NCBI GenBank assembly: GCA_044440125.1
Contig: JBITAJ010000004.1
Span: 32,001 to 96,000 of the forward strand
DNA: 64,000 bases
Direction: 5' to 3'
Origin: Sedimentisphaeraceae bacterium JB056
GTDB taxonomy: Bacteria; Planctomycetota; Phycisphaerae; Sedimentisphaerales; Sedimentisphaeraceae
In this document: one piece after another, positions 1 through 10,307 of the stretch
Layout of the letters: every line of letters begins with the position of its first letter
Numbering within the stretch: position 1 is the first letter of the stretch
Notes under the pieces: model-generated
Told to the model about the DNA's origin: nothing
Databases searched by the model: none
Seen by the model: only the letters and a program-made list of their open reading frames with translations
Translations under genes and position numbers: made by a program

Positions 1-1016
1 ATTACTCTTGTACTTCTGAAGCCGTCAGCTTCCCACATCAATTCGCCCAAATAGTTGAACTTGTAAAGTTTGTTGTTGATACTTCCGTCAACTACAAAGA
101 AATCCTTGAATCCATCATCAACAGGAATTATTCCCACTGCAGTAAAGTTAGCACCGGCCTTTTCATAAATCGTCTCAATATAATTGAAACTTGAATCAAA
201 AACATCTACAGAAGGATTGGTTCTTGTTCCGGTATTAAATCTATTAGGCATATAGCATTTACCGTCAGGTGCAAATTCAAAGTACTGCGCATAGTTTACG
301 GCAGGATGCTGTATAATCTTGGTAACATCAGGAGCTCCGCTGCCGTCAGTATTGTACTGGGCAATAAAGTTTCTGGATGAAGTATTGGCATCGCTGTAAT
401 AAATCTTATCGTCCTTAATCACGCCACCCTTGAGAACAGAAATATTGACGGCAAAGCTTCTAAGCACACTGCTTACATCCATACCATCTACTACCGAAAT
501 CAAATTTGCATCACCGTCGATAACGTAGAGTTCTTCCTGACCGTCACTTGTTTCATCAGGTCCGAATGTAACAGAAACTCCATTACCGGCAGTCAAAGTC
601 GAGTTTGTTGCAAGAACAGATCCCTCATTACCATTTCCCGGTCCGCCCACTACAACGATACGGCCTTCACCACAAATATACAGGTCATTAACGCCATCAC
701 TGTTATAATCCGGTCCAAAATCGAGACTTATGCATCGACTTCCATCACTGAAAAAAGTGCTTTTATCACCCGATGCTGCTGCGACGAACATAACTCGTCT
801 GTTAGTATTGTCTGCAACATAGATATTCCCGTCAGGGCCTATGGCGGCATCAACATAGGAGTTGCCTAAGCCCACCTGCCAGACAATATTTCCGTCAACA
901 TCCATACGTGTAATTTCGCTATTGCCGGTATCTACTGCCACTATATCATATGCCGCATTTACCGTACAGGCAAACATCAGGGCTGATATTAAAATGTAAA
1001 ATAATTTTGTTTTCAT
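1..1016 (-). CDS. Secreted beta-propeller protein (NHL/SMP-30-like repeats), 3' end runs off the window
   Basis: Not in the ORF track because it is truncated. Hand translation from ATG at 1016 (GAGG RBS upstream) gives MKTKLFYILISALMFACTVNA (signal peptide), then repeats such as AAIGPDGNIYVAD, VTFGPD and FEFAPDGKCY. The frame stays open to the window edge. Confidence 0.75.
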   Translation of the reverse strand, partial: MKTKLFYILISALMFACTVNAAYDIVAVDTGNSEITRMDVDGNIVWQVGLGNSYVDAAIGPDGNIYVADNTNRRVMFVAAASGDKSTFFSDGSRCISLDFGPDYNSDGVNDLYICGEGRIVVVGGPGNGNEGSVLATNSTLTAGNGVSVTFGPDETSDGQEELYVIDGDANLISVVDGMDVSSVLRSFAVNISVLKGGVIKDDKIYYSDANTSSRNFIAQYNTDGSGAPDVTKIIQHPAVNYAQYFEFAPDGKCYMPNRFNTGTRTNPSVDVFDSSFNYIETIYEKAGANFTAVGIIPVDDGFKDFFVVDGSINNKLYKFNYLGELMWEADGFRSTRV

Positions 1017-1065
1017 ATTTACAACCTCATAAAATTAATTTCATATTTCATTAATTAAATACTTC

Positions 1066-2055
1066 TCAGTCAGCCAACCACAAATTAGCAAGTTCAGAGA
1101 AATCAAGAAGATCAACCTTACAATCCGAGTTTAGGTCGCCTTCCTTGAATTCGGTTCCTACATCACCACAAAACTGCGGATCAACAAGTAAAAATTCCTG
1201 AGGTCCTTCGAATTCACCTGTAAAGGTTGACACTGACATTGAATCGATCCAGCCGCTGAAACCGCCATTGAAATTGGTATCTGCTCCGCAGCCCAATTCA
1301 GTGCCGTTATCCATAGCGGTAAAACAATGATTCGCTATACCAAAATTCTCAGGCAAGCCAAGAGCAGAGTTTGTAGTTCCTGAAGAAGTAGCCTTCAGTT
1401 GACCGTTAACATAATAACTTGCAACACCTGTAGAACTGCTGCTGTCCCACTCCCATACAATTGCAACATGAGAGAATTCCATACCGGAAAGTGCATTGTT
1501 AGGATCTGCTTCCGAAAAATTGTAGAAGAAGTTGGTGTCACCGGCTTGTATTCTCTGCCCGTAACCATCTGCAGTCACTGCCAGACCAACATTATCCGTG
1601 ATTGTGCCGGCTACATCACACCAGTCGCCGATCTCCCACCATTTCATGATCCATATCTGTCCCCAGCGGTTATCTGAACTGGTAGGCAAATTGGCATAAT
1701 CAGGCATTACCCATGCCTCAAAGATATAATTATCTTCAAGATCGTAACCGGAACCTACATTAACCAGCATGACTTCATCGAGTGCATCTGGCCCGCTGCT
1801 TTTGCCGTTAGTATACATTACACCGGGGGTTGTTGTAAGATCAGGTAGATTACTGTACTCATCAGCCTGTACTGTCACCGGAACAGTTACAACACCGCTA
1901 TCGCCGCTGTAAGTTACATTATCGGCCTCAATAGCACCATCCATATTAAGACGGAATACGGTTGACAATTCTGCAGCGCCCACGCAGGAATACACAAGTA
2001 GCCCTGCCAATAACGCCGCCAACACCCTACTAAATACTTTTGGAGAATTTTCCAT
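1066..2055 (-). CDS. Secreted LamG-like jelly-roll protein with C-terminal dockerin-like motif
   Basis: Start moved to MENSPK (GGAGGT RBS at 2061-2066). Signal peptide; LamG motifs FEAWV, HVAIVW..YYVNG, FSGWID; tail GDLNSDCKVDLLDFSELANLWL. Confidence 0.75.
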   Translation of the reverse strand: MENSPKVFSRVLAALLAGLLVYSCVGAAELSTVFRLNMDGAIEADNVTYSGDSGVVTVPVTVQADEYSNLPDLTTTPGVMYTNGKSSGPDALDEVMLVNVGSGYDLEDNYIFEAWVMPDYANLPTSSDNRWGQIWIMKWWEIGDWCDVAGTITDNVGLAVTADGYGQRIQAGDTNFFYNFSEADPNNALSGMEFSHVAIVWEWDSSSSTGVASYYVNGQLKATSSGTTNSALGLPENFGIANHCFTAMDNGTELGCGADTNFNGGFSGWIDSMSVSTFTGEFEGPQEFLLVDPQFCGDVGTEFKEGDLNSDCKVDLLDFSELANLWLAD

Positions 2056-2086
2056 AAATAACCTCCATGGAATTAAAGTAACATTA

Positions 2087-3859
2087 TTAAATTTCCACAA
2101 ATTTCGCGCGAATTCTCTTCGCGATAATACGCAATATAAAACCTATCAACAATATTGCCCCTCCACTGAATAATATACATGCTCTTGCTTCTATTTTGTT
2201 TGGTATCAGCAAAAGCAGTAAAACAACAGTGCCATACACCATACACAATGAGCTCAATACGCCGTACTGACGCATATCACCTTGTTTACTGCCGGGATGT
2301 TCGGTCTCCATATCAATCGGTGTATTCATCTGGGTGAAGAAGCTCTCGACCTGCTGGCGGTATTGAAGACTTGTATTCTTGTAAAAGAGCATACTGAACA
2401 AATATACGCTCACACATACTATAATTAATACTGCTGTTGTTATGGCAATGTTCAGATCACTGATCTCATTTCCATTGAAAGGAACTGCCGGATTAAACAG
2501 GTTTTGAATAAAATCACCTTTCAATATAAACCTCAGTGACAACGAAACGGCAAAACCGATTACAAGCGTAGCCCACGCGCTCCATGGAGGAGTGCGTTTA
2601 ATAAACATCCCAAAAAACAGCGGCACTGCAGTAGGAATACCGATAGAAGCCGCACATATCAGAATAAGATCGAAAAGCTTCACCTCTTTGAGGCTGTTGA
2701 AAAACAGAGCAGCCACTATCCAGAGAATACCGAAAGCCAGTATAAAAAGCCTGCCGACAAGTATCTGCCTTTTTTCAGAAGCGTCTTTATTGACGATACG
2801 GATATAAAAATTCCTAACGAACGTTCCTGAGACAATATTGAGCTGACTGTTAAGAGTAGTGAGCGTAGCCGCAAATATAGCACATACGAGCAACCCTACA
2901 AGACCCTGTGGAAGAAGCTGCTTGGCAATCTCCACATAAGCTGCCTCATTAGGATTCTTAAGCATTGGATAAAGTGATTCCATATCAGGATTAAGAACCG
3001 CAGAAGCAAGAGCGGGTATCATCCATATCGGAGAAAGCAGAAGAAAACCGGCAATTGAAACCAGCACAGCCTTCTTTGCATCCGTACCATTTTTAACGAA
3101 TACATATCTCGCCGCACCAATAAGCATACTGTTCATCTGCACAGTCTGATTTAGCAGAAGCGTAGCGGCAAAAAATATAATCACCCAAGGCCTGCTGAAT
3201 TCTTCCCAATGGAAGTGCCTTGAAGGCATCTTCTCAAGCAAGCCTGAAACACCCTGGATATCAGGATGGCGGATAGTAAGAAAAGCCATTACAAGTGTAA
3301 TCGTTATAACTACCAGCATCTGAACGAAATCACCGGCAGTTGCTGCCCATGAACCGCCGAAGAGTGTCATAAACGTCACAACGGCTCCCAGAGATATTAT
3401 CAAATATTGCATTTTGATGTTGAAAACACCGCTCATAAAAACAGATATAACATAAAGAGCTATGCCGCCGAAAAATACCTGTGAGATTATCGGAAGCCAT
3501 GCGAATATCATCTCGTTAGTATCACCGTAGCGATTACGTACCGCTTCGACCGGAGTGATAATTCTCATCTGCCTATAACGAGGGGCAGTGAAAAAATAAG
3601 CAAACCATAGAGCCACGAAATTGCATGCAAAAAGTATCAGAAAAAATGTTCCGGTCTCATACGCTTTGGCTGCTCCACCGGTAAATGACCACGCTGAGAA
3701 GTTTGTCATGAACGCACTGCTGCCGACAACCCACCACAGCATTCCACCGCCTCCGCGGAAGAAATCGCTGCTGGTCTTACTGAAACTCTTGTAGACAGGC
3801 CCCAGAAGAAGCATGAATACAAGATAGAAGGCTATAACTGCGTAATCATAAACTGTCAT
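2087..3859 (-). CDS. Sodium:solute symporter (SSS) family transporter
   Basis: DFFRGGG..WW..G.S.FMTNFSAWSFTG, many TM helices, GLLVCAIFAATLTTLNSQLN. Confidence 0.9.
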   Translation of the reverse strand: MTVYDYAVIAFYLVFMLLLGPVYKSFSKTSSDFFRGGGGMLWWVVGSSAFMTNFSAWSFTGGAAKAYETGTFFLILFACNFVALWFAYFFTAPRYRQMRIITPVEAVRNRYGDTNEMIFAWLPIISQVFFGGIALYVISVFMSGVFNIKMQYLIISLGAVVTFMTLFGGSWAATAGDFVQMLVVITITLVMAFLTIRHPDIQGVSGLLEKMPSRHFHWEEFSRPWVIIFFAATLLLNQTVQMNSMLIGAARYVFVKNGTDAKKAVLVSIAGFLLLSPIWMIPALASAVLNPDMESLYPMLKNPNEAAYVEIAKQLLPQGLVGLLVCAIFAATLTTLNSQLNIVSGTFVRNFYIRIVNKDASEKRQILVGRLFILAFGILWIVAALFFNSLKEVKLFDLILICAASIGIPTAVPLFFGMFIKRTPPWSAWATLVIGFAVSLSLRFILKGDFIQNLFNPAVPFNGNEISDLNIAITTAVLIIVCVSVYLFSMLFYKNTSLQYRQQVESFFTQMNTPIDMETEHPGSKQGDMRQYGVLSSLCMVYGTVVLLLLLIPNKIEARACILFSGGAILLIGFILRIIAKRIRAKFVEI

Positions 3860-6840
3860 TAATTTTCTACCTCAGAGCCTTTCTTATTTTCCGCAATTTC
3901 TTTGTCAATCAGTTTACCATTTTTCATTTTCGCAAATGATACTCTTATGTTTTCTCCATCACGATTGGAAAGTCCATCAATCTCTACCAACTCTGTCGTC
4001 CCATCATTAAGCTCAACTCTTACCACATCGTTGTCAAGAAGAACCGCCGACTTTATGGCGGACTTGTCCTTGTAAGGCTCAAAAACTGATATAAGCTTAA
4101 AGTCTTTACCTTCACGGCGGAATTGGAGCGTCTTACGTTCAAATTCATTCCAGGTTTTCAAATGATCGGCACCGATAGAAGCAGTAAACTTCTCAGCACC
4201 CTGTCCTTCAAGATTTATCGTTATGCTGCCTTCTTTCGCAGAAGGCTCTGTCATCATCGCATTTTCATAAACGATACCGGCAATGTTTATTTTGTCGCCG
4301 TAATAATCCCTCCCGTAATCGGCAGGCTGTATATTTTCGGTTTTATAGTCAAGCTCGCTAAGCGGAATAACCTTGCCCTTAGAAACTACAGCGGGCCGGA
4401 CCATTGCAATATACTCACCGGGGCGATTCTTACTGGAATGAGTTCGCCTGCCGATAATTATCTCAAGCTCTTTGGCTCCGCTGACATCTATATTCAAATC
4501 ATATATATTGGATGAGTAAATATTGTAGTTCTCATTAAATACTTCCTTGCCGTCTACAAGAACCTTGACAGGCTGACGACATAGATTGAACGGATAAGTA
4601 CCAACAGTCATATCTGTGGATTCATCAAGGAATGTATGAATATCAAGATTGAGATTTTCATCCTTGAACCTGTTGACTATATGTCCGTCGGCATCGAAAC
4701 GATCACAGTTGGTGATGTAATAATAACTGCTGAGTTTATCATCTTTCATTTTTGCCGAATAACCGGTATTAACGGCATTGCCGACAGTTTCAACAAAACC
4801 TTCAGGATGCATCAGCCAGTCGAAAGTATGTTTATTCTGGCCTTCAAGATAATCAGCCACAACCACATAATCATCTGCAACAGCCATAAGTCGTCTCTGT
4901 AATACAGGCTCATTGTCCCCGTAGTCAATCATCTTAGCCATATTCTCAGGGTCAAGGTCGCCCGGGTCTGTTATATCCCAGCTCTGCTTCTCCTGCCAGC
5001 GGGCAACGGTCTCAACAACTGAAACCTGAATATCATCGCCGGCATAAAACAACGTCTGCTCACTCTCAACAGGTTCCTGCTGATATTCATCAACAATCAC
5101 AAGATTATGACTTATAGAAGGTTCAACCCAAGCTTTATACATCTGACTTGAATACCCAAACCAGCTTGCTCTGGGTTCAAATAGATCGGTGCCAAATCGG
5201 CGAAGAGCAAGGAAACTTGTACGATCGAAATGCCCGTGCCAACCGCCGTGACTTCCCCATTTGACAAACGCCTGAATCTGCTGCTGTTTATCGGTCTTGT
5301 TCCCCTGACTTCTCAAAGCAGTGATGCCGACATTGGCCACATAACCGGATTCATCTCTCGGGTCGTCAACCTCCGGAAGCTCACCCACTCCATAAACAAG
5401 AGACTGCCACCCCATCCTGTCATCCTTGCTGATCATCCATGCATACTGAGGATCTTTGTAGTAGTAATATGCAAGCTCAAACACATCGCCGGGCTTTTTC
5501 TTTTCCGAATCATTGTTTGCAACTACATAGCCGTTCTCATCCATAAGTATTGTTGCACCGTCATAAAGATCTTTAAGACATCTGTACGACTTTCCGGCAG
5601 GACCCCATATATCGAAATTCATGCTCATCCAGCCGTTCTTGAAACGTCTGCCGTCATTAGACTGATGCCTGGCCACAACCCTTTTGTCAAAAAGATTAAT
5701 ACCCCAGTTATCAGCAGCTTTTGCGACGTATCCATAGAATCTTGCGACAAGATAACTGTAATTGCTTGCTCCCTCAAGCCACCAACCGTCGGCCATTATA
5801 CCGTAAGAAAGCTGCTCATCGAAGCCGTTCTCGCAATTAATAAAGAACTCGAAACTTTCCATATCCTGAAGAACAAGTGATGTAATAAGGGCTCCGGCAT
5901 TAGCCGTTGTAAGCCAGTTGCCGATGTCACCATTAACATGCCACTGTTTGGAAGTCTCAAGATACAATCTCAAGGTCGTATCAATATTCTTGTGATCCAT
6001 CTCACTGAGTTCAGGTTCATTGTAAAGAATATCATATATCGCCGGATAAAAGGTGAAAAATTCACCTTCATGAACATAAGCTGTTGAATGAGTGGCCCAT
6101 CTTGTTGTAGGATATCCGGTATCAGGCTCTGCAATCGCACGTAGAAAATCAATCAGTGTTTTCTTGTATTTTTCGTTGCCTGTCAGCTTATAGGCCAAAG
6201 CCACATCCCAGAACCTTTCGGCTCCTCCAGAAATAAGTCCTTGCCAATTATAGCCGCTTCGCGACATTTTTGGGTAATTCAATTCCTTAAAAGTGATTTT
6301 ATCAGCTTGTTTGAGAAGTTCATCATAACAATCATCAGCCCATTCATAATTGTCTATCTTGTTAAGTATCTCATCGGCAAGTTCATTCGTAATCAATAAA
6401 TACGGATGCGGACGCATACGAACCGTTTTAAAGCTAAGCGGCATACTTGTATCATTGCCAACCTTGATTCTCAACTCAAGTTCTTCAAAGCTTCCCACAG
6501 GCATACGCTTACTTATAGAAACACTCAGTTTAACATCAAATTGAGCTCCAGCCTCGATTTCAACCAAATCGTTACTAAGCTCATATTCACTGATATTCTT
6601 TTCTGAAGCTTCAATCATTATCTCAACTTCAACTGCTTTATCAGCTGTATTAGTAAGCTGAATTATATACTCCGCTGCTTCATCAATAACGGTGGGTTTC
6701 GATCTTATTTCACTGAATACTTCGACACCATCAGCAGAGACCGAATATCTGGAAACATCACTCGTATAAGGATTATCAAGTACGGCAAAGGAGCAGCCGC
6801 ATAAGATAAGTAAAACCACTTGAATATAAATTCTAAACAT
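3859..6840 (-). CDS. Secreted alginate-lyase/heparinase II/III-like polysaccharide lyase with inserted NPCBM-like module
   Basis: Start moved to MFRIYIQ (AAGGGG RBS). Motifs GNW, DGWWLEGASNYS, HGGWHGHFDR and SHNLVIVD are typical of the Alginate_lyase + Hepar_II_III architecture (PL12/15/17-like). Confidence 0.75.
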   Translation of the reverse strand: MFRIYIQVVLLILCGCSFAVLDNPYTSDVSRYSVSADGVEVFSEIRSKPTVIDEAAEYIIQLTNTADKAVEVEIMIEASEKNISEYELSNDLVEIEAGAQFDVKLSVSISKRMPVGSFEELELRIKVGNDTSMPLSFKTVRMRPHPYLLITNELADEILNKIDNYEWADDCYDELLKQADKITFKELNYPKMSRSGYNWQGLISGGAERFWDVALAYKLTGNEKYKKTLIDFLRAIAEPDTGYPTTRWATHSTAYVHEGEFFTFYPAIYDILYNEPELSEMDHKNIDTTLRLYLETSKQWHVNGDIGNWLTTANAGALITSLVLQDMESFEFFINCENGFDEQLSYGIMADGWWLEGASNYSYLVARFYGYVAKAADNWGINLFDKRVVARHQSNDGRRFKNGWMSMNFDIWGPAGKSYRCLKDLYDGATILMDENGYVVANNDSEKKKPGDVFELAYYYYKDPQYAWMISKDDRMGWQSLVYGVGELPEVDDPRDESGYVANVGITALRSQGNKTDKQQQIQAFVKWGSHGGWHGHFDRTSFLALRRFGTDLFEPRASWFGYSSQMYKAWVEPSISHNLVIVDEYQQEPVESEQTLFYAGDDIQVSVVETVARWQEKQSWDITDPGDLDPENMAKMIDYGDNEPVLQRRLMAVADDYVVVADYLEGQNKHTFDWLMHPEGFVETVGNAVNTGYSAKMKDDKLSSYYYITNCDRFDADGHIVNRFKDENLNLDIHTFLDESTDMTVGTYPFNLCRQPVKVLVDGKEVFNENYNIYSSNIYDLNIDVSGAKELEIIIGRRTHSSKNRPGEYIAMVRPAVVSKGKVIPLSELDYKTENIQPADYGRDYYGDKINIAGIVYENAMMTEPSAKEGSITINLEGQGAEKFTASIGADHLKTWNEFERKTLQFRREGKDFKLISVFEPYKDKSAIKSAVLLDNDVVRVELNDGTTELVEIDGLSNRDGENIRVSFAKMKNGKLIDKEIAENKKGSEVEN

Positions 6841-6878
6841 AAATCCCCTTAAAATTAATAAGTAGCTGTCATAAATGA

Positions 6879-7925
6879 TCAGGCCATATATTCCCATTGT
6901 TTCTTGCTTACTTCATACTTGAGCGGTTCACCTTTAATGTAGCGATGAAATTCATCTATAGCATACTGAGCCATGCGATGGCATTCATTGTTCATTGAAC
7001 CGGAAATATGAGGAAAGGTAACGACGTTAGGCAAATCAAAAAGTTCACATCCAGCTATCGGCGGCTCGGGATAAGTCACATCAAGCAATGCCATGATATC
7101 TTTTCGTTCCCTCAACGCTTCGATCATCTCCGTTTCACGAACACATATACCGCGAGCCGTATTAAGGAAAGTCGCATTTTCCTTCATCATGCGAAAATGC
7201 TCACCTGTTATTATACCCTTATGATGGGCAGGTGTATGAAGTGAAACAACATCGGCATTCTGGAAAATCTCCTCGACAGATGCTATTTTGACACCAAGAC
7301 TGCGTGCCTCATCTTCCTTCAGATAGCTGCTGGAGACAAGTATATCTATATCAAAGGGCCTAAGAAGCTCAACGAGTTTCCTGCTTATGGCTCCAAGCGA
7401 TATGATACCAACAGTACTCCTGTAACAACCCGGTACTTTGAAACGGTTCTCATAAGCCATCCACTTCTTGTCTCTCAGTATCTTAAGGGAATGATGCCAT
7501 CCAAGCTTAAGACTGAAAAGTATTTGAGAAAGACAAAATTCCGCCACTGGGATGCAATTGGCAAGTACACTTGAAGTAAGCATAATTCCCCTGTCGAAAA
7601 GCTCTCCCTTATGGCCAAGACCTTTCACTGAACCTGCGGCATAAAATATTGCCTTAAGATTAGGGGCCGCATCAAGAACCTCATCAGTAAAAACCGGCGG
7701 GCCCCACCCAGAAAAGATAACCTCTGCATCCTCAAGGACACTGAGATCACTGAGCATCTTCTGAGAATTCATCTGAGGCATATAGAGGTCAACATATTTA
7801 TTTATTTCATCACGTTGAGACTTGCCGTATATAGTATCATAATCGGCATCGTTAAGAATGATTAATCCCTTGCAGAGCTTCTTTTCGTCAGATATGTATT
7901 CTTTTTTTTCTATCAGTGTTTGCAT
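6879..7925 (-). CDS. D-isomer-specific 2-hydroxyacid dehydrogenase
   Basis: VAEF, GIISLGAISR Rossmann motif, DVVSLHTP, FLNTARG, LDVTYPEP, PHISG. Confidence 0.9.
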   Translation of the reverse strand: MQTLIEKKEYISDEKKLCKGLIILNDADYDTIYGKSQRDEINKYVDLYMPQMNSQKMLSDLSVLEDAEVIFSGWGPPVFTDEVLDAAPNLKAIFYAAGSVKGLGHKGELFDRGIMLTSSVLANCIPVAEFCLSQILFSLKLGWHHSLKILRDKKWMAYENRFKVPGCYRSTVGIISLGAISRKLVELLRPFDIDILVSSSYLKEDEARSLGVKIASVEEIFQNADVVSLHTPAHHKGIITGEHFRMMKENATFLNTARGICVRETEMIEALRERKDIMALLDVTYPEPPIAGCELFDLPNVVTFPHISGSMNNECHRMAQYAIDEFHRYIKGEPLKYEVSKKQWEYMA

Positions 7926-8016
7926 GTCTACCTCGATTTACAGGCAAAAAGTCCCCTGGAAGTTGCAAACCTTGCCTGCAAATTCTAAATTTAATTATTA
8001 AATCTGGATTGAACGA

Positions 8017-8940
8017 TTATCTCAACCCTTCTTCAGCCTTTGTACCCGAACCTACTGCATAAAACTTGATTCCTACAGTATCAGCTTCACCGCCATACTT
8101 CCAGTAATCATTTGTGTATACACGCTTTATCTTGTCAACATGTCCGTCTGCAAACCCCAAATTGCTTTGTCCGGTTCTCTCGTCACTGTCATTACTATCA
8201 CCTTCCCAGGTATAGTTATTGATTTCAACACCGCCTCGTTTGACAAAATGCGTTGGCTTGATATCTGCCCATGTTCTTGCAGTCCATCCATATATGCTAT
8301 TGTAACACGAACCATCGGTAACGGCGGACTCTACAGAAAGAAGGGTTTTTGAACTATTATTAACCTGGGATGCCTTTACACTATCACGATAAGCCTGTCC
8401 ATTGAAATTCGAATATGCACCTGCCACTTTTGAGTGTCCTGTAAGCATAGCATTAAGGCGGTAACCTCTGGCAAATTTATTAACAGCTCTACTGCTCGTA
8501 CCTGATTCTATCAACTTTATATTAGCCCTTTGCCATGGGTCTGACTTTGCTGCCGGACACAGCAGAAAAGCAAAAGTATCTGGATTAACACTCGCCAGCG
8601 GCGAACCGGCAATATCCCTGTTAAGTCTTGGGTCTATGCTGAATCCTGAATCAATGTAAGGCATAAGTCTCGCATCCCAGTAAGGAGATGTAGGATAACC
8701 ACCACCCCACATGGGCAATTTATCTGCTGAGTCACGACTGCCGCTAAGCGGATACTTACCGTCAAAATCAGCGGTGTATGTCATACTGGCAGTTGTAATC
8801 GTTTTTATATTAGTCATACATACGGTTGCTTGTGCCTGCTGCCTCACTTTACCTAACGCCGGCATCATTATACTCATCAAAACGGCTATAATCGATATAA
8901 CTACCAATAGCTCTATTAATGTAAAAGCTCTACGTCTCAT
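8017..8940 (-). CDS. Prepilin-type N-terminal cleavage/methylation domain protein (DUF1559-like)
   Basis: RRRAFTLIELLVVISIIAVLMSIMMPALGKVR..A...C..N; internal CPA; C-terminal NLGFADGHV. GAGG RBS before ATG at 8940. Confidence 0.85.
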   Translation of the reverse strand: MRRRAFTLIELLVVISIIAVLMSIMMPALGKVRQQAQATVCMTNIKTITTASMTYTADFDGKYPLSGSRDSADKLPMWGGGYPTSPYWDARLMPYIDSGFSIDPRLNRDIAGSPLASVNPDTFAFLLCPAAKSDPWQRANIKLIESGTSSRAVNKFARGYRLNAMLTGHSKVAGAYSNFNGQAYRDSVKASQVNNSSKTLLSVESAVTDGSCYNSIYGWTARTWADIKPTHFVKRGGVEINNYTWEGDSNDSDERTGQSNLGFADGHVDKIKRVYTNDYWKYGGEADTVGIKFYAVGSGTKAEEGLR

Positions 8941-8985
8941 ATTAAACCTCACTAAAATGTAATAGATTTTTTTTGGGGGGTGTAA

Positions 8986-10032
8986 TCATAGACCCGGCAC
9001 TACCAGCCTTGGCTCTATTTCAACTATTCTCTTGCTTGTATCATCAGGGTTGGCTACTCTCCACCTCAACTGCTCAACAGCGCAGCGGCCTATCTCCTCA
9101 GGACATATGTCAATACTCGCCGGCAATGGATCAAGACCTGCAAGAATAGACCTCTCGTTATTACAGGAAACAATCTGAACATCTTTTCCTATAATTATAC
9201 CCATTCTCTGGATCAAAGGATAAATCATCGCAGTGAGCGAATCACAAGTGCAGAAAATCCCTGTAGGATAATCATCTTTTCCAAAGACCTCTTTAAGGGA
9301 ATTGAAAATACTTTTTTCATTGGGAAGAGTCAGTTGGAGAGTTTCATTTGAACGTATACCAACAACAAGCCTTTTAGCCTCTGTCTTAGATGAATACTCT
9401 TCAAATCCATACCATCGTTCAATCCATGCAGACTTTGACCTGTGTTCATCATCAAAATCTATCTGCAATATTTTTCTGTGACCTTTAAGAGTCAGATACT
9501 CAGCAGCAAGAACTCCAACTTTTTCATTATTATTCAGAACCCTGTCGCCGGAAAGATATCTTTCCCGTCCTGTCATCAGGTAGACTCGCTGATAATTATT
9601 CAAAATTTCAAGAGTTTCTTCCGAAACATCAACAAAATCAGGCCATATTATCACACCATCAACCTCGCCTCTTGAAACAATAGGAGGTAATTGACGATTT
9701 GAATTAATAGTACCCTGAATCATACTCATACCGTACGAAGCCAAAGCCTCTTCAATACCGTGAACAACATTCATCATCACCGGTGAATAGCCAAGAATAT
9801 GAAAACCCTCTGAAGACGTCAGAAACGCGACATTGCCTGTCTTGAAACCTTTAGAAGAAGTCCTCTTGGGTCCGCGTCTTTGAGATTTAGGCTTAGGAAC
9901 ATAACCAACCTGTTCCATAACCCCTCTAACCTTCTCAACGGTTTCAGGCCTTACATCCTCCGGGGAGTTAACAACCCTGGCGACTGTAGTATGAGAAACA
10001 CCTGCTAATTTTGCTATTTCCACTATTGACAT
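8986..10032 (-). CDS. LacI-family transcriptional regulator
   Basis: MSIVEIAKLAGVSHTTVARVVN HTH followed by a periplasmic-binding-protein-like sensor domain (PTGIFCTCD). Confidence 0.9.
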   Translation of the reverse strand: MSIVEIAKLAGVSHTTVARVVNSPEDVRPETVEKVRGVMEQVGYVPKPKSQRRGPKRTSSKGFKTGNVAFLTSSEGFHILGYSPVMMNVVHGIEEALASYGMSMIQGTINSNRQLPPIVSRGEVDGVIIWPDFVDVSEETLEILNNYQRVYLMTGRERYLSGDRVLNNNEKVGVLAAEYLTLKGHRKILQIDFDDEHRSKSAWIERWYGFEEYSSKTEAKRLVVGIRSNETLQLTLPNEKSIFNSLKEVFGKDDYPTGIFCTCDSLTAMIYPLIQRMGIIIGKDVQIVSCNNERSILAGLDPLPASIDICPEEIGRCAVEQLRWRVANPDDTSKRIVEIEPRLVVPGL

Positions 10033-10038
10033 GACTTG

Positions 10039-10067
10039 ATAATAGCATCATAAATAAGTATTGTCAA
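10039..10067 (-). promoter_or_regulatory. Sigma70-type promoter of lacI-1, probably leaderless
   Basis: Minus strand TTGACA (10067-10062), 17-bp spacer ending TGC, TATTAT (10044-10039), 6 nt, then the ATG. No SD sequence. Confidence 0.7.
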
Positions 10068-10216
10068 GATATTTTCTCGAAATTAAACTAAAATAAATAT
10101 GTTAATTCAATGTTAATAACACAGTTTAAACCTAAAAACAACAGCAAAACAACGCATTAACACAACAAAACCGCCTTAACTCACAACCAAGACAACAAAA
10201 AGCCAAAGCAACAACT

Positions 10217-10232
10217 TAATTAACGTTAATTA
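10217..10232. promoter_or_regulatory. Candidate LacI-type operator (perfect 16-bp palindrome)
   Basis: TAATTAACGTTAATTA with central CG, upstream of lacI-1. Related sequences at 13156-13173, 13276-13284 and 13301-13315. Confidence 0.5.
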
Positions 10233-10254
10233 GTTTATATTACATTAAATATAC

Positions 10255-10286
10255 TGAGTGACAGAGTACCCGCTCTCCGCCACTCA
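10255..10286 (-). terminator. Stem-loop after the 10308-13004 gene
   Basis: Minus strand TGAGTGGCGGAG-N8-CTCTGTCACTCA, 12-bp stem whose G-U pairs form only on this strand; weak U-tract. Confidence 0.55.
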
Positions 10287-10307
10287 ATAAACTATCAGCA
10301 GATGGGA

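Noticed and set aside
7941..7978. Riboswitch in the CAGGCAA...TTGCCTG inverted repeat
   Set aside because: Only a 7-bp stem with a large loop and no aptamer consensus that I recognise.
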